Counted from the first letter of the stretch, positions 28,277 to 37,924 are shown. The stretch: 53,614 nt of DNA from Blastocatellia bacterium (GCA_035280505.1 DATEFT010000166.1:1-53614); one strand, 5' to 3'. Numbers and translations: made by a program. Notes: a model not told the origin generated them from the sequence alone.

Positions 28277-29509
28277 AACCAAGAGGCTCGCCGAACCGTG
28301 AGCACACCACAGTCGCAAACCCTGGTTGCGCAGTGAGTTGCCGCTGGAATCCGAATCCCGCTCGGCCGGCCGCCGCCGCCCGCTCTCCTCTGCGGTTAAT
28401 CGGTATCCTCACTCAGAATCAGCGATCCTAACAACTCTCCCGGGATGCTCTCAGTGCTCTCCTCCATCCTCGGAACTACTTTCTTGAGCGGCTCTCTCGA
28501 TCGGCTCCCATCTCTCCGGGCGCGAAATTCATGCTCCCGAAATAGATTCAATCGCAGACACTTATGAAATTAACTGGGCTTCATCCTCAAGATTTCCGGA
28601 CTTTTCCAGAATCATTCATGCATGTCCAAAAACAGTTTCACACGCCGATTGAAAGAGGTATAAATTTACTCAACTGACGCTCTCGGGCGGTATCTGACGA
28701 GCGCAAGATCGAATATTTTGCTCAAAGGCTTGCAATTTAATCGGGCCGGGACCATTCATTGAGGGTGTCGGTCCTTATATCCCCTTGCAAATAATATAGT
28801 TATCGAATTCGCCGAATCCTGTAAATTTTTGCTAAGTTATTGATTCCAGGAGAAATAATATCAAAAAATAGGGCCGCGCGAAAGAAAATAATTAAGTGTT
28901 TAATGCATGGTCGAATTAATGAGCGTCCGCTCCGTAGTCTGTCGACTCCAACAGACTACAGAGATCACTCCCAGATAGTAGATTCATTAAGACTGGCCAC
29001 TCACTCGGACTGGAGACAATCTATGAACCACGCCTTATTCCTATTCCACAGAGCTTCAGTTAATCATCAATATCATAGCATTATACTACCCGGCCTGCCA
29101 GATAAATCTCTCTTATTTAAGGGTGATATCATTATGATCTACTTGAGTTATAGGGGAATACCTTAAATTAACAGGTAAATACCCTAGATCTGCATTGCAA
29201 TTAAAAGCAAAGACTACTTTCAAGAAGAGAGTCATTATTCAAACCCCACCCAGATGGAGCTGACAGGATCAGTATGGTTCGACCAGGCAGGCGTCGAGCA
29301 GATGGGATTGAGCAGAATTGGCGAAGCTGGCAGCAATAGTTGATCGACCATCGAGGTAGATTGGGCGGCATGGTGGTGATCCGAGTTGTGCCGGTCTGGG
29401 AAAAGTAGCGTCGTTACTGCAGTCAATCTCCGGATTAGCGTGGAGCCGCATTTACTGGGCCCAACCCCTTTGTGACAAGATCGAGTTCGGACGCCAAAGG
29501 CTAAAACGT

Positions 29510-31963
29510 ATGATTATATGGTGGTCAGACCTGCGATACAGTCTTCGTGGACTCCTCAAACAACCCGGGATGACGGCGATCGCGGTCATCTCGCTGGGGC
29601 TTGGAATCGGGGCCAACAGCGCGATCTTCAGTGTCATCAATGCCGTCCTGCTCAAACCGCTGCCGCAGCGAGAGGTCGAGCGGTTGGTCATGATCTGGGG
29701 GTCGCACCAGCGCAGCGGGCGCAGGTACAACCCGAGTTCGCCCCCGGACTTCGTCGAGTGGAGAGCGCAGAACCATGTCTTCGAGCAGATTGCCGGTTCG
29801 CGTGACAACCTGGTGACGCTGACCGGCCGCGGCGACCCGGAACAGCTACTGGGTTACCGGATCTCGGCCGACTACCTGGAGGTCATGGGGGTGCAGCCGA
29901 TGCTCGGTCGAAATTTTCGTCCGGAGGAGGATCGGGCGGGGGGCCCGCGCGTGGTGATTCTCAACCATCGCCTCTGGCAGCGCCGTTTCGCGGGGGATCC
30001 GAAGATTCTCGGGCAGTCGCTGATTCTCAACGGCGAGAGCCACCTGGTGATCGGAGTCATGCCGCCCGGATATGAAGACCTGATCGGTTCTGAAGTATGG
30101 ACGCCACTGGCGCTGACCACCGGCGATTACAACAACCAGGAGTTGCGGATCTTGCGCCTGGTCGCGCGGCTGAAGCCCGGGGTCACGATCCGGCAGGCGC
30201 AGGACGAGATGAATGCCCTGACCGCCCGGCAGGAGCGAGAGGATCCGAAGCCGCACGAGGGATGGAGAGTCGAGCTCATCCCCCTGCGCGATCACTACTT
30301 CGGCGATATCAGCCCGGCTTTGAAGTTGCTCTCCGGAGCGGTCGGCTTCGTCCTGCTGATCGCCTGCGCGAATATCTCGAATCTACTGCTCTCGAAAGTG
30401 GCGGCGCGGCGAAGAGAGTCGGCGATCCGCGCCGCGCTGGGAGCCAGCCGGTTCCGCCTGATCAGACAACTCCTGACGGAGGGCGCGATCCTGGCCCTCC
30501 TGGGCGGGCTGCTGGCGCTGCCGCTGGCCAAGCTCTCGCTCCGGCTCTTCCTCGGACTCTTCTCCAACCACATCGCCAACGTGCGGCTGCCGCATGTCGA
30601 GCGGATTCCGATCGACGGCCGCGTCCTCGGGTTCACCTTGCTGGTCTCGATCGTCTCCGGGATCATCCTGGGGCTGATCCCGGCCCGGCAGTACTCCAGG
30701 ATCAACCTCAACGAGGCGCTCAAGGACGGGAATCGGGGAGCAGGGTTGCCGGACGTCCCCCGCACCTACTTCCGCTATCGCGTCAACGAATGGACGGTGA
30801 TTGCCGAGATCGCCCTCGCGCTGGTCTTGCTCGCGGGGGCGGGCTTGATGCTCAAGAACCTGCTGCGCCTGAGCGAGGTCAAACTGGGGTTCAATCCGAA
30901 AAACGTCCTGACCATGCGGGCGATTCTGCCTCTCGACCTGCTGATCCCGCAGCCGGAAAAACGGCGCCTCTTCTACCAGAATCTGCTGCCGCGCCTGGAA
31001 TCGCTGCCCGGAATCGAGAGCGCCGGGATCATCAACTTTCTGCCGCTCAGCGGGTGGGCCGCCTACTCTTACTTCACCGTCGAGGACGGGCCGTCGCTGC
31101 CTTCCGGCGAGAAATTCAGCGCCTACGGCCGGGCCGTCAGCCCCAACTATTTTCGGACCATGGGCATTCCCATGCTGAAGGGGCGGGCCTTCACCGAATA
31201 CGATAACGAACCCTCGCCGCCGGTGATCATCATCAATGAGACCCTGGCTCGCCGTTTCTTCGGCAACGGCGACCCCATCGGCAAACGCCTGTCGGTGCCT
31301 TCCCGATATGACGCGCCCCTGATCCCCCGAGAGATCGTCGGGATCATCGGAGACGTCAGGCACGACGGAGCCGAGAACGAAATTCAACCCGAGATCTATT
31401 TTCCCTTCGTCCAGGCGCCGTCCCCGGTGCTGAGCCTGGTCCTGCGGACCAAATCGGACCCGATGAGCCTGGCCGATGCCGCCCGCCGGCAGATCTGGGC
31501 CGTCGACAAGGATCAACCGGTCTCTTACGTGATGACGATGGAACAACTGGCGGCGGAATCGACCGCCGGCAAACGGATCTCCACGCTGATGCTCGGAATC
31601 TACGCGATTCTGGCCCTCGCGATGGCCTCGATCGGGATCTACGGAGTCATGACGCATGCCGTCAGCCAGCAGACTCGCGAGTTCGGGATTCGCACGGCGC
31701 TCGGCGCCACCTCGCGTGACGTGCTGCGTCTGGTGATGTGGCGCGGGCTCTCCCTGGTCCTGATCGGAATCGGGATCGGGCTGGCCGGCGCCCTGGCCCT
31801 GACCCGAGTCAGCGCCTATCTGTTATATCAAGTGAGCGCCGCCGATCCGCTCACCCTGGTCCTGGTCTCGATCCTCCTGATCGCCATCGCGATGATCGCC
31901 TGTTACATTCCCGCTCGCCGGGCCGCGAACCTGGACCCACTGATCGCACTCAGATATGAATAG
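29510..31963 (+). CDS. ADOP-family duplicated MacB/FtsX-type ABC permease
   Basis: 817 aa. The N-terminus WSDLRYSLRGLLKQPGMTAIAVISLGLGIGANSAIFSVINAVLLKPLP is characteristic. Both MacB-like/FtsX halves are present. Confidence 0.9.
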   Translation: MIIWWSDLRYSLRGLLKQPGMTAIAVISLGLGIGANSAIFSVINAVLLKPLPQREVERLVMIWGSHQRSGRRYNPSSPPDFVEWRAQNHVFEQIAGSRDNLVTLTGRGDPEQLLGYRISADYLEVMGVQPMLGRNFRPEEDRAGGPRVVILNHRLWQRRFAGDPKILGQSLILNGESHLVIGVMPPGYEDLIGSEVWTPLALTTGDYNNQELRILRLVARLKPGVTIRQAQDEMNALTARQEREDPKPHEGWRVELIPLRDHYFGDISPALKLLSGAVGFVLLIACANISNLLLSKVAARRRESAIRAALGASRFRLIRQLLTEGAILALLGGLLALPLAKLSLRLFLGLFSNHIANVRLPHVERIPIDGRVLGFTLLVSIVSGIILGLIPARQYSRINLNEALKDGNRGAGLPDVPRTYFRYRVNEWTVIAEIALALVLLAGAGLMLKNLLRLSEVKLGFNPKNVLTMRAILPLDLLIPQPEKRRLFYQNLLPRLESLPGIESAGIINFLPLSGWAAYSYFTVEDGPSLPSGEKFSAYGRAVSPNYFRTMGIPMLKGRAFTEYDNEPSPPVIIINETLARRFFGNGDPIGKRLSVPSRYDAPLIPREIVGIIGDVRHDGAENEIQPEIYFPFVQAPSPVLSLVLRTKSDPMSLADAARRQIWAVDKDQPVSYVMTMEQLAAESTAGKRISTLMLGIYAILALAMASIGIYGVMTHAVSQQTREFGIRTALGATSRDVLRLVMWRGLSLVLIGIGIGLAGALALTRVSAYLLYQVSAADPLTLVLVSILLIAIAMIACYIPARRAANLDPLIALRYE

Positions 31964-31971
31964 AAGTCTGG

Positions 31972-31997
31972 AGAAGTCTGGACTGTTCTAGACTTCT
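31972..31997. terminator. Small hairpin between the convergent ADOP and M91-like genes, preceded by the tandem decamer GAAGTCTGGA x2
   Basis: AGAAGTCT / AGACTTCT, 8 bp with a 10-nt loop. It fills the 34-nt gap between the two stop codons. Confidence 0.35.
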
Positions 31998-32828
31998 TCA
32001 ATAGCTCGTGCGGGCGGGCAACCTGGAGGGCCACTGGGCGCGGAACCGGTTCTCCGTAAACTCCTTCTGTTCGTAGGGTGGAAGACCGACGGCCTGGCAT
32101 TCGTAATGACGAACGCCATCGGTCATCTCCGGATCGAGACGTCCGTAAGCGGCGTCGTCGGCATGAATCAACTCGTGCGCCAGCCCGATCTCGGGCGGGT
32201 GCTGGCGCCAATCCTCACCGGTGCGGAAGAGTTTCATCTCGGGATTGTATTTGATGGTCGTGCTGGACCCCGCGCCGATGCCCTTGATGGTCTTCATCTT
32301 GCCGAATTGATCCCGCCACTTGAGGATCGTCCCTTTGGCCAGAGCGGCCCGGAAATCGTCGGGCGGCGCTTCACACATCCTGCACGCCGGAACGATCCGA
32401 ACCTGCTGCCCGCTGCGCAACAGGCTGCTCAACAAGCGGCGGCCCAGCGGCATCCGCGCCAGGGTCGTCAAATGGGCGGTCGTCTTCTCCACGAACCCCG
32501 CCGGCCCCTGGATCAGCAGCCGATGCTGGTATTCGATCTCGACCTGGTCCGCCGACATGAGCTTATCGACCGCCAGACGGGCGGCATTCGAGATCCGCCC
32601 GGATTTCAACAACTCGGTCAGCCGCCGCCGCATCTCCGGCGGCAGACTTCGCAACTCTTCGACCGAGAGCGCGTCGACAATTCGACGCACCACGCTCCCC
32701 TGATCGCTCCCGCGCGCCTGGGTCAACTGCTGATCGACCCACTGGGCGGTCCGGCACAGACCGACGCGTGGTTCCAAGGCCGCGCTCTTCCGGGCAACGG
32801 TTTTTGTGGCCTTTCTCACCATGACCAT
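31998..32828 (-). CDS. HExxH zinc metallopeptidase-like protein, M91 (NleD-type effector peptidase)-like
   Basis: 276 aa. The segment LLIQGPAGFVEKTTAHLTTLARMPLGRRLLSSLLRSGQQVRIVPA is followed by GLAHELIHADDAAYG. The family assignment is from memory of the M91 pattern. Confidence 0.6.
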   Translation of the reverse strand: MVMVRKATKTVARKSAALEPRVGLCRTAQWVDQQLTQARGSDQGSVVRRIVDALSVEELRSLPPEMRRRLTELLKSGRISNAARLAVDKLMSADQVEIEYQHRLLIQGPAGFVEKTTAHLTTLARMPLGRRLLSSLLRSGQQVRIVPACRMCEAPPDDFRAALAKGTILKWRDQFGKMKTIKGIGAGSSTTIKYNPEMKLFRTGEDWRQHPPEIGLAHELIHADDAAYGRLDPEMTDGVRHYECQAVGLPPYEQKEFTENRFRAQWPSRLPARTSY

Positions 32829-33135
32829 CCGTTAACTAGAAATCTAGTCGCTGATTTTCGATATAAATCTGGATATAAATGTTTTAATGGATCAATTCTC
32901 AGGAATATCTGAGCCAGTCTCTCCTATCAGAGGATTCCCTGGCAAGTTACTGCGTGATCCAAAATAGGAATAACCCACGGGCTGGAGGCTGTGTACCGGC
33001 GGGTGATCGTCACAAATGATTACGCGATTCGGAATAGACTCCGGCTTACCACCAAATTACGGCGTCGCAAGGCTACGGACCCAGCTCGGCCCAATCACCC
33101 GAGCCGGCCCGCTGAAGATCAATCCCGCCACGCCG

Positions 33136-33166
33136 GAATCTACTGCCTGAATCAGGCAGTAGATTC
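33136..33166. repeat. Near-perfect 31-nt palindrome GAATCTACTGCCTGA-A-TCAGGCAGTAGATTC
   Basis: 15-nt arms, located ~135 nt after the stop of the 257-aa gene. Candidate terminator or protein-binding site. Confidence 0.6.
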
Positions 33167-33301
33167 GGCAATATCTTTTATTGTCTGCCGCGATTCTCCT
33201 AGATGATGCTCTTCCGTAACGCCAGCCACTTGCAGCCGGATCGATACTCTCGCAGGTGGCCGGAAGCTACGGAATTTTCTCACTCAACTCCGACTTGACG
33301 A

Positions 33302-34075
33302 CTACTTCTTGGTTCGAGACTTCGGCATGGGATACTCGGACTTGCTGAGACGCGATCCCATACAGTAATAGTTGCCCCAACCCAGGGTCGGAGCCGCGCC
33401 CTGCCAACCTCCGGCCGAGATCGGAACCAGCCGTTGTTTGGGCTTGGGCTTCACGATTTTATAGAAATAACCGAAATGGCGGAAGTCCATGGCCTCCGCG
33501 CGGTTGACGATCTCGACCTCGTAGTTCCGTCCGCCCTTGAAGACGAAGTCCTCGGTATCCCCCTCGAAATGCAGGACCGCGTATCCGTGGGCCGGAATTT
33601 CGATGTCCAGGCCGACTTTGCTGGCCGCGGTCAATTTATGGCCGCTCGGCTTCTGCGTCTTTTCGTCGGCGAAGACGGTGTCGGGATGATAGGTGATCGT
33701 ATAGAACTCCCCGTTGTTGAAATAGAATCGGGCGCGACAGGCTTTGGCGTCGGCCTTCATCTTCTCACGCGGGTAGAGTTGTTTCTCGATGTCGACGATA
33801 TAGTCGGGCGATTGGCGCGCGTCACGCCGCGACTTGGGAACGTAATTTTTGAAAGGCTCGCCTTTCGGATAGACATCCAGAGTAATGTCGCCATGGATCT
33901 CGGTGAAGTCACGATACTCGCGTTTGACCACGCCGTTCTCCTTGATCACGATGTGGGGACGATGAACATTTTCGGGAGCCTCGTCCTCGGTCGAGATCAT
34001 GCCTACCATCAATCTGGACGGGTACTTCGTAAAAAACGCGCATAGGTCTTCGAAAGTAAAATTGATAGTGCTCAT
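33302..34075 (-). CDS. Hypothetical protein, 257 aa, no recognised family
   Basis: GGAGGATAACC precedes ATG (MSTINFTFEDL...). The protein is K/Y/F-rich with no signal peptide or TM segment. It lies 137 nt downstream of the CHAT gene. The maximal ORF reaches 34132. Confidence 0.75.
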   Translation of the reverse strand: MSTINFTFEDLCAFFTKYPSRLMVGMISTEDEAPENVHRPHIVIKENGVVKREYRDFTEIHGDITLDVYPKGEPFKNYVPKSRRDARQSPDYIVDIEKQLYPREKMKADAKACRARFYFNNGEFYTITYHPDTVFADEKTQKPSGHKLTAASKVGLDIEIPAHGYAVLHFEGDTEDFVFKGGRNYEVEIVNRAEAMDFRHFGYFYKIVKPKPKQRLVPISAGGWQGAAPTLGWGNYYCMGSRLSKSEYPMPKSRTKK

Positions 34076-34212
34076 GGTTATCCTCCGAGTTTGGATCGCG
34101 GGCCGACCTGACCGGCGATCGTAGGGCAACAAACGTCCAGCGGCGACCTATCACCTGGCGTCAGGATGGCCGCCGGGTCGTGTTACATCGCAATCTGGCG
34201 AGGAGAGAGCGA

Positions 34213-37200
34213 TCAGTTTTTCTGTGGGCTATCGCATCCATTACCGGCGAGCAGGAATGCCGCCCAGTAATATGGATGTTGGCGTCTGGAATCGGCGCCG
34301 TGAATCAGCGAGCATTGCGCCTGGCGTAGGCTTTCGCTGAAATTCTGGTGTTTGACGCGGTATTGATAGTGAAAGGTCCGCATCAGATCGGATGTGCTGT
34401 CGTCGTCGACGTCCCAGAGGCTGGCAATCACCGTCGGGACGCCGGCGGCGAGAAAGGCCTGGACCAGTCCGCTCAGGGCCTCGCCCCGAGTATAAACCCC
34501 CAGCGCCGAACGGCAACCGGAGAGCAGGACCAGGCGCGTCCGCGCCAGCTTGAGCTGATAGATCTCGTAAGCCTGCCAACTGCCGTCAAAGACCCCTTTC
34601 CGGGGCAGCCGGTCCGCCGATAGTTGATGATTCTCTTCGGCCAGCACAATTGACGAGAGCAGCGGCGATTGTTCGTTGATCAAGACATGGGTGGCCAGAT
34701 GGACGATGTCGTAGTCGCCGATCTGGCGGGTCAGAGCGCTCTCGGTCGCCTGCTCGCGACTGAGGATCTGAGCCTTCGGATAATCGGGTTTGACCCGCGT
34801 GACCTCTTCTTCGGCCGACGGCAGCGGGGGCAGTTCCGGAAATCGCTGGCGATTGAACCGCGGATTGCCGAGCCCCAGAAACGATTCGGTTCCGGCGCTC
34901 TTCCGCGCCTTGCTGCCGATGGCCATCGCCCGCGCCATGACGCTCGCGCTGGGGTTGACGGCCAGGGCATAGTCTTCGACCAGGTAGCGAGACGGCTCCG
35001 GCGAGACCAGCGCGCCGAAGGGCAACTGCGACAAGATGCCGTCGGGCACGATGCACAGGACGCGATTGCGATCGAGTCGCGCCGCGATCGGCGAGATCAG
35101 GATCTGGTACAGGTCCACCGCCTGGCGTCTGAGCAGGACCGTATCGGCCCGCGCCCGCAGACTGTCCAGATAGTCCTTGACCAGCCGGCGCAGCCGGTCC
35201 GACTTGATCTCGATGCTCTCCGAAAAGATCTCGTCCCGGGTCACCAGCCAGATCAGGAGACGATCTTCCCCGGAGCTATACTCCAGCAACTGGGCGTTGG
35301 GCGGCAAGGTCGATTGGACCTGCTTCATGGTCAGCGGACGAGCGCTGCCGGAGACCCGCAGCGTTTTGCTTCCGTCGCTCTCGCCCGGTTCGATGCGCCC
35401 GGTCAGGATGTCCAACAGGTCCCGGCTCTTGGAGATCTCGGCATAGTTGAAAGCCTGCGCCGAATCGTGCTTGGTGACGGATTGGAACTCCATCATGGCG
35501 CGATAGACATCCTGCCGACTGAAGAGGTAGACGCTGCGGCCGCGGGCGTCCTTGATCTGCTGGCGGTCGCGTTCGGCCAGCCGGATGCTGGTCTGCAGTT
35601 CGGCCTCAGCCTCGGCGATCCGTCCCTGCGCGCGGTAGGCCGCCGCCAAGCCCTGATGAATCGCCGAGAGAAAGATCCGATGATTGGTCTTGCCCAGGAT
35701 CGTCAGCGCCTGCTGGTACGCGGTGATCGCCTTGGCCGCTTCGTTCTGGCGCAGGTAGAAATCCCCGAGCGGAGTATAGAGTTCCACCTGCAGCAACAGG
35801 CGCGCCGTTCGATCCGTGATCGCCTCGGTCCGCAGAATCGCATCGTTGAGCTGAGTGACGGCCTCCTCCTGCCGGCCCAGCTTCCAGTAGTTCAGCCCCA
35901 GGCGACCGGCGAGGGCCGCCAACAAACCCGGATTGTTCAACTGCTCCGCCACCTGCCAGCCCTCCTGGTGGTAGTCGAGCGCCCGCGGGTAGTTGCCGGT
36001 CAGAAGCAGCGTCTCGCCCATGTTGGCGTGGATTCTGGCCGTGTGGAACGGAGAGAGCGGAGAGTCGCGCAGGAGGCCGATCGCCTCGAAGTTCTTCTGC
36101 TCGGCCCGCTCATAATCCCCCATCCGCAGGTAGACGTTTCCGGCCGACACCAGGCCGATGATGGCCGTGTCGGCGTCGTCGATCTCCTTGGCGATCTTGG
36201 CCGCTTCGAGGCTCAGATCCAGGGCTCGCGAAAACCGCAGCGAGTTGATATAGGCATTGGCGAGGGCGGTCAGCGCCCGGGCCTGCAACTGCCGGTGGCG
36301 ATGGCTCTCGGTGCTCGCGATCAGTTTTTTGCTGGCCGCCTCCAGGCCATGAAAGTTGGGGCGGAGGTTGTAAAAACGGGCCAGGTTGATGGCGGCGAGC
36401 TCCGCGTGACACTGGTCGCCGATTCGCTGCGCCATCTCATGCGCCTCGGAGAAATGCTGGAAGGCGTCGTCAAAGGCCCCGCCGGTATTCTCCCGGCCGC
36501 CCTGTTGCAGCAGGAACCGGATCTTCTGCAGTTCCCGGCGCTCCGTCGAGTTGGCCTTGCCGACGAAATCGACCAGATCGGCGATGTACCGGTCCCCCTT
36601 GATCTCGGCCACCAGTTGGCCCACCAGAGTCAACGTTCGGAGGCGGGCGGAGGCGAAGACGCTCTCACCGTTGACCGCCGCTCTCAAATATTCATCGAAG
36701 AGATCCTGCGTCGCCAATTGACTGACGGTGGCGAAATTTTCCGTCACCAGCCGGTGCAGCACCTGTTCGTCATTGGACGCCGCCGCCTCGCGAAGCTGAT
36801 GCTGGACTCGCTTGTTCTGATCCGTGGACTGCTGCTGCCAGTTCTGCAGCCGCTTCAGCCCCTCGCGCGCCTCGGCCGCCCAGGGCGAATCGGAATCGAT
36901 CTGCAGGTACCGCTCCCAGTCGGCCCGGGCCTTGCTGAAGAGCGCCATCTGATGATGGCAGAGCGCCCGGTTGAACCAGGCTTCGGCCAGTTGCGGATCC
37001 AGCTCGAGGGCCCGGTCGTAATGATCGACCGCCTTGGAGAGCCAGAGCAGCGGATCGCCCTTGTAGCTCCGCTCGTAGAAGAGAGCGCCCAGATCGGTAT
37101 ACAACCGGGCATCTCCGGGCGTCTTCTCCAACGCCAGCGTCAGTTGCACCTCGGCCTTGTCGAAATCACGCCCCAGCAGGTAGAAGAGCCCCAGCACATG

Positions 37201-37836
37201 CCGAGCCTCGACCGTCGGTTTGGTGGCCACGGCTCGCGTCAACTCGACGAGGTCCTCGCTGAACTTCTCGGCCTCCGGGCTGGCCGTCGCCGACGAACCC
37301 CGTTTACGCTCGTAGGGCCGATAGGCGAATCCGCCCGTAATCCGCGCCTGCAAAGGCCGGCTATGTCCGTAACTGCGGTAGAGGATCGCGAGACTGTCCT
37401 GACCTCGCGGTCCCCGCCACCATCCCCGATAATAGAGTAGTCCCGAAATAATCAAGACGGTCGTCACGAATAACAGGATGTAGAACTGCTTGCGGCCCAC
37501 CTGAAATTTCGATAAGGGCCAGAACCGGAATCTTCTGGTATCGGCTTGACGATTCTTTCGAACGGCCTCGGAAGCGAGCCGGCTCACACGCTGGAGGGCC
37601 TGTCTGATCGCTTCCTTCCCCGTCGAGAGATTCTTTCCCGCGTTGGGCGGCTCCTCCACTCCATCCGTCTCACTGTAAAGATGGAGCAGGACCGCGATTC
37701 GCGTACAGCACTCCTTACAGGAGAGACAGTGCATCTCAACTTCGTACTCTTCTCCCGGGTTACATTCCCCGGCAACATAAGCAGCCATCAACCTATTTGA
37801 GATGTGCCCATCACGTTCCGGGTGATGATCTTTCAC
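34213..37836 (-). CDS. zf-HC2 anti-sigma-like domain + TM helix + TPR array + C-terminal CHAT (caspase-like) protease, ~1207 aa
   Basis: AAYVAGECNPGEEYEVEMHCLSCKEC is the zf-HC2 signature. TM segment FYILLFVTTVLIISGLLYY, followed by a long TPR-like region. CHAT dyad contexts are DIVHLATHV and LVLLSGCRSALG, with the tail HPYYWAAFLLAGNG. Preferred start is GTG at 37836 after GAGGAGG. The maximal ORF reaches 37860. Confidence 0.9.
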   Translation of the reverse strand: MKDHHPERDGHISNRLMAAYVAGECNPGEEYEVEMHCLSCKECCTRIAVLLHLYSETDGVEEPPNAGKNLSTGKEAIRQALQRVSRLASEAVRKNRQADTRRFRFWPLSKFQVGRKQFYILLFVTTVLIISGLLYYRGWWRGPRGQDSLAILYRSYGHSRPLQARITGGFAYRPYERKRGSSATASPEAEKFSEDLVELTRAVATKPTVEARHVLGLFYLLGRDFDKAEVQLTLALEKTPGDARLYTDLGALFYERSYKGDPLLWLSKAVDHYDRALELDPQLAEAWFNRALCHHQMALFSKARADWERYLQIDSDSPWAAEAREGLKRLQNWQQQSTDQNKRVQHQLREAAASNDEQVLHRLVTENFATVSQLATQDLFDEYLRAAVNGESVFASARLRTLTLVGQLVAEIKGDRYIADLVDFVGKANSTERRELQKIRFLLQQGGRENTGGAFDDAFQHFSEAHEMAQRIGDQCHAELAAINLARFYNLRPNFHGLEAASKKLIASTESHRHRQLQARALTALANAYINSLRFSRALDLSLEAAKIAKEIDDADTAIIGLVSAGNVYLRMGDYERAEQKNFEAIGLLRDSPLSPFHTARIHANMGETLLLTGNYPRALDYHQEGWQVAEQLNNPGLLAALAGRLGLNYWKLGRQEEAVTQLNDAILRTEAITDRTARLLLQVELYTPLGDFYLRQNEAAKAITAYQQALTILGKTNHRIFLSAIHQGLAAAYRAQGRIAEAEAELQTSIRLAERDRQQIKDARGRSVYLFSRQDVYRAMMEFQSVTKHDSAQAFNYAEISKSRDLLDILTGRIEPGESDGSKTLRVSGSARPLTMKQVQSTLPPNAQLLEYSSGEDRLLIWLVTRDEIFSESIEIKSDRLRRLVKDYLDSLRARADTVLLRRQAVDLYQILISPIAARLDRNRVLCIVPDGILSQLPFGALVSPEPSRYLVEDYALAVNPSASVMARAMAIGSKARKSAGTESFLGLGNPRFNRQRFPELPPLPSAEEEVTRVKPDYPKAQILSREQATESALTRQIGDYDIVHLATHVLINEQSPLLSSIVLAEENHQLSADRLPRKGVFDGSWQAYEIYQLKLARTRLVLLSGCRSALGVYTRGEALSGLVQAFLAAGVPTVIASLWDVDDDSTSDLMRTFHYQYRVKHQNFSESLRQAQCSLIHGADSRRQHPYYWAAFLLAGNGCDSPQKN

Positions 37837-37895
37837 GGAAACCTCCTCAAAGGGACCCACGCCACGGTTAACCCCTTGAAAGATACCAAAATCCC

Positions 37896-37924
37896 CTACA
37901 GATAAAGTAGCAAAATAGAGCCAG
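37896..37924 (-). promoter_or_regulatory. TTTGCTAC-core motif upstream of the CHAT gene (block B)
   Basis: Minus strand reads CTGGCTCTATTTTGCTACTTTATCTGTAGGGG. It shares ATTTTGCTAC.TT with block A and TTTGCTACT...TAG.GGG with 24205-24225. Confidence 0.35.

Noticed and set aside
14361-37440. Other long antisense ORFs: 14361-16031(-), 19406-21229(-), 22240-23826(+), 24334-25212(-), 25506-26387(+), 30383-31657(-), 34669-37440(+)
   Set aside because: Each is fully contained in, and opposite to, a CDS with clear family signatures. Their compositions are shadow-frame-like, and none has a recognisable motif.
37896-37924. Sigma54 promoter (TGGC..N..TTGC) in CTGGCTCTATTTTGCTAC upstream of the CHAT gene
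   Set aside because: The GG-to-GC spacing is one nucleotide shorter than the strict -24/-12 geometry. The related blocks A and D lack the TGGC element.
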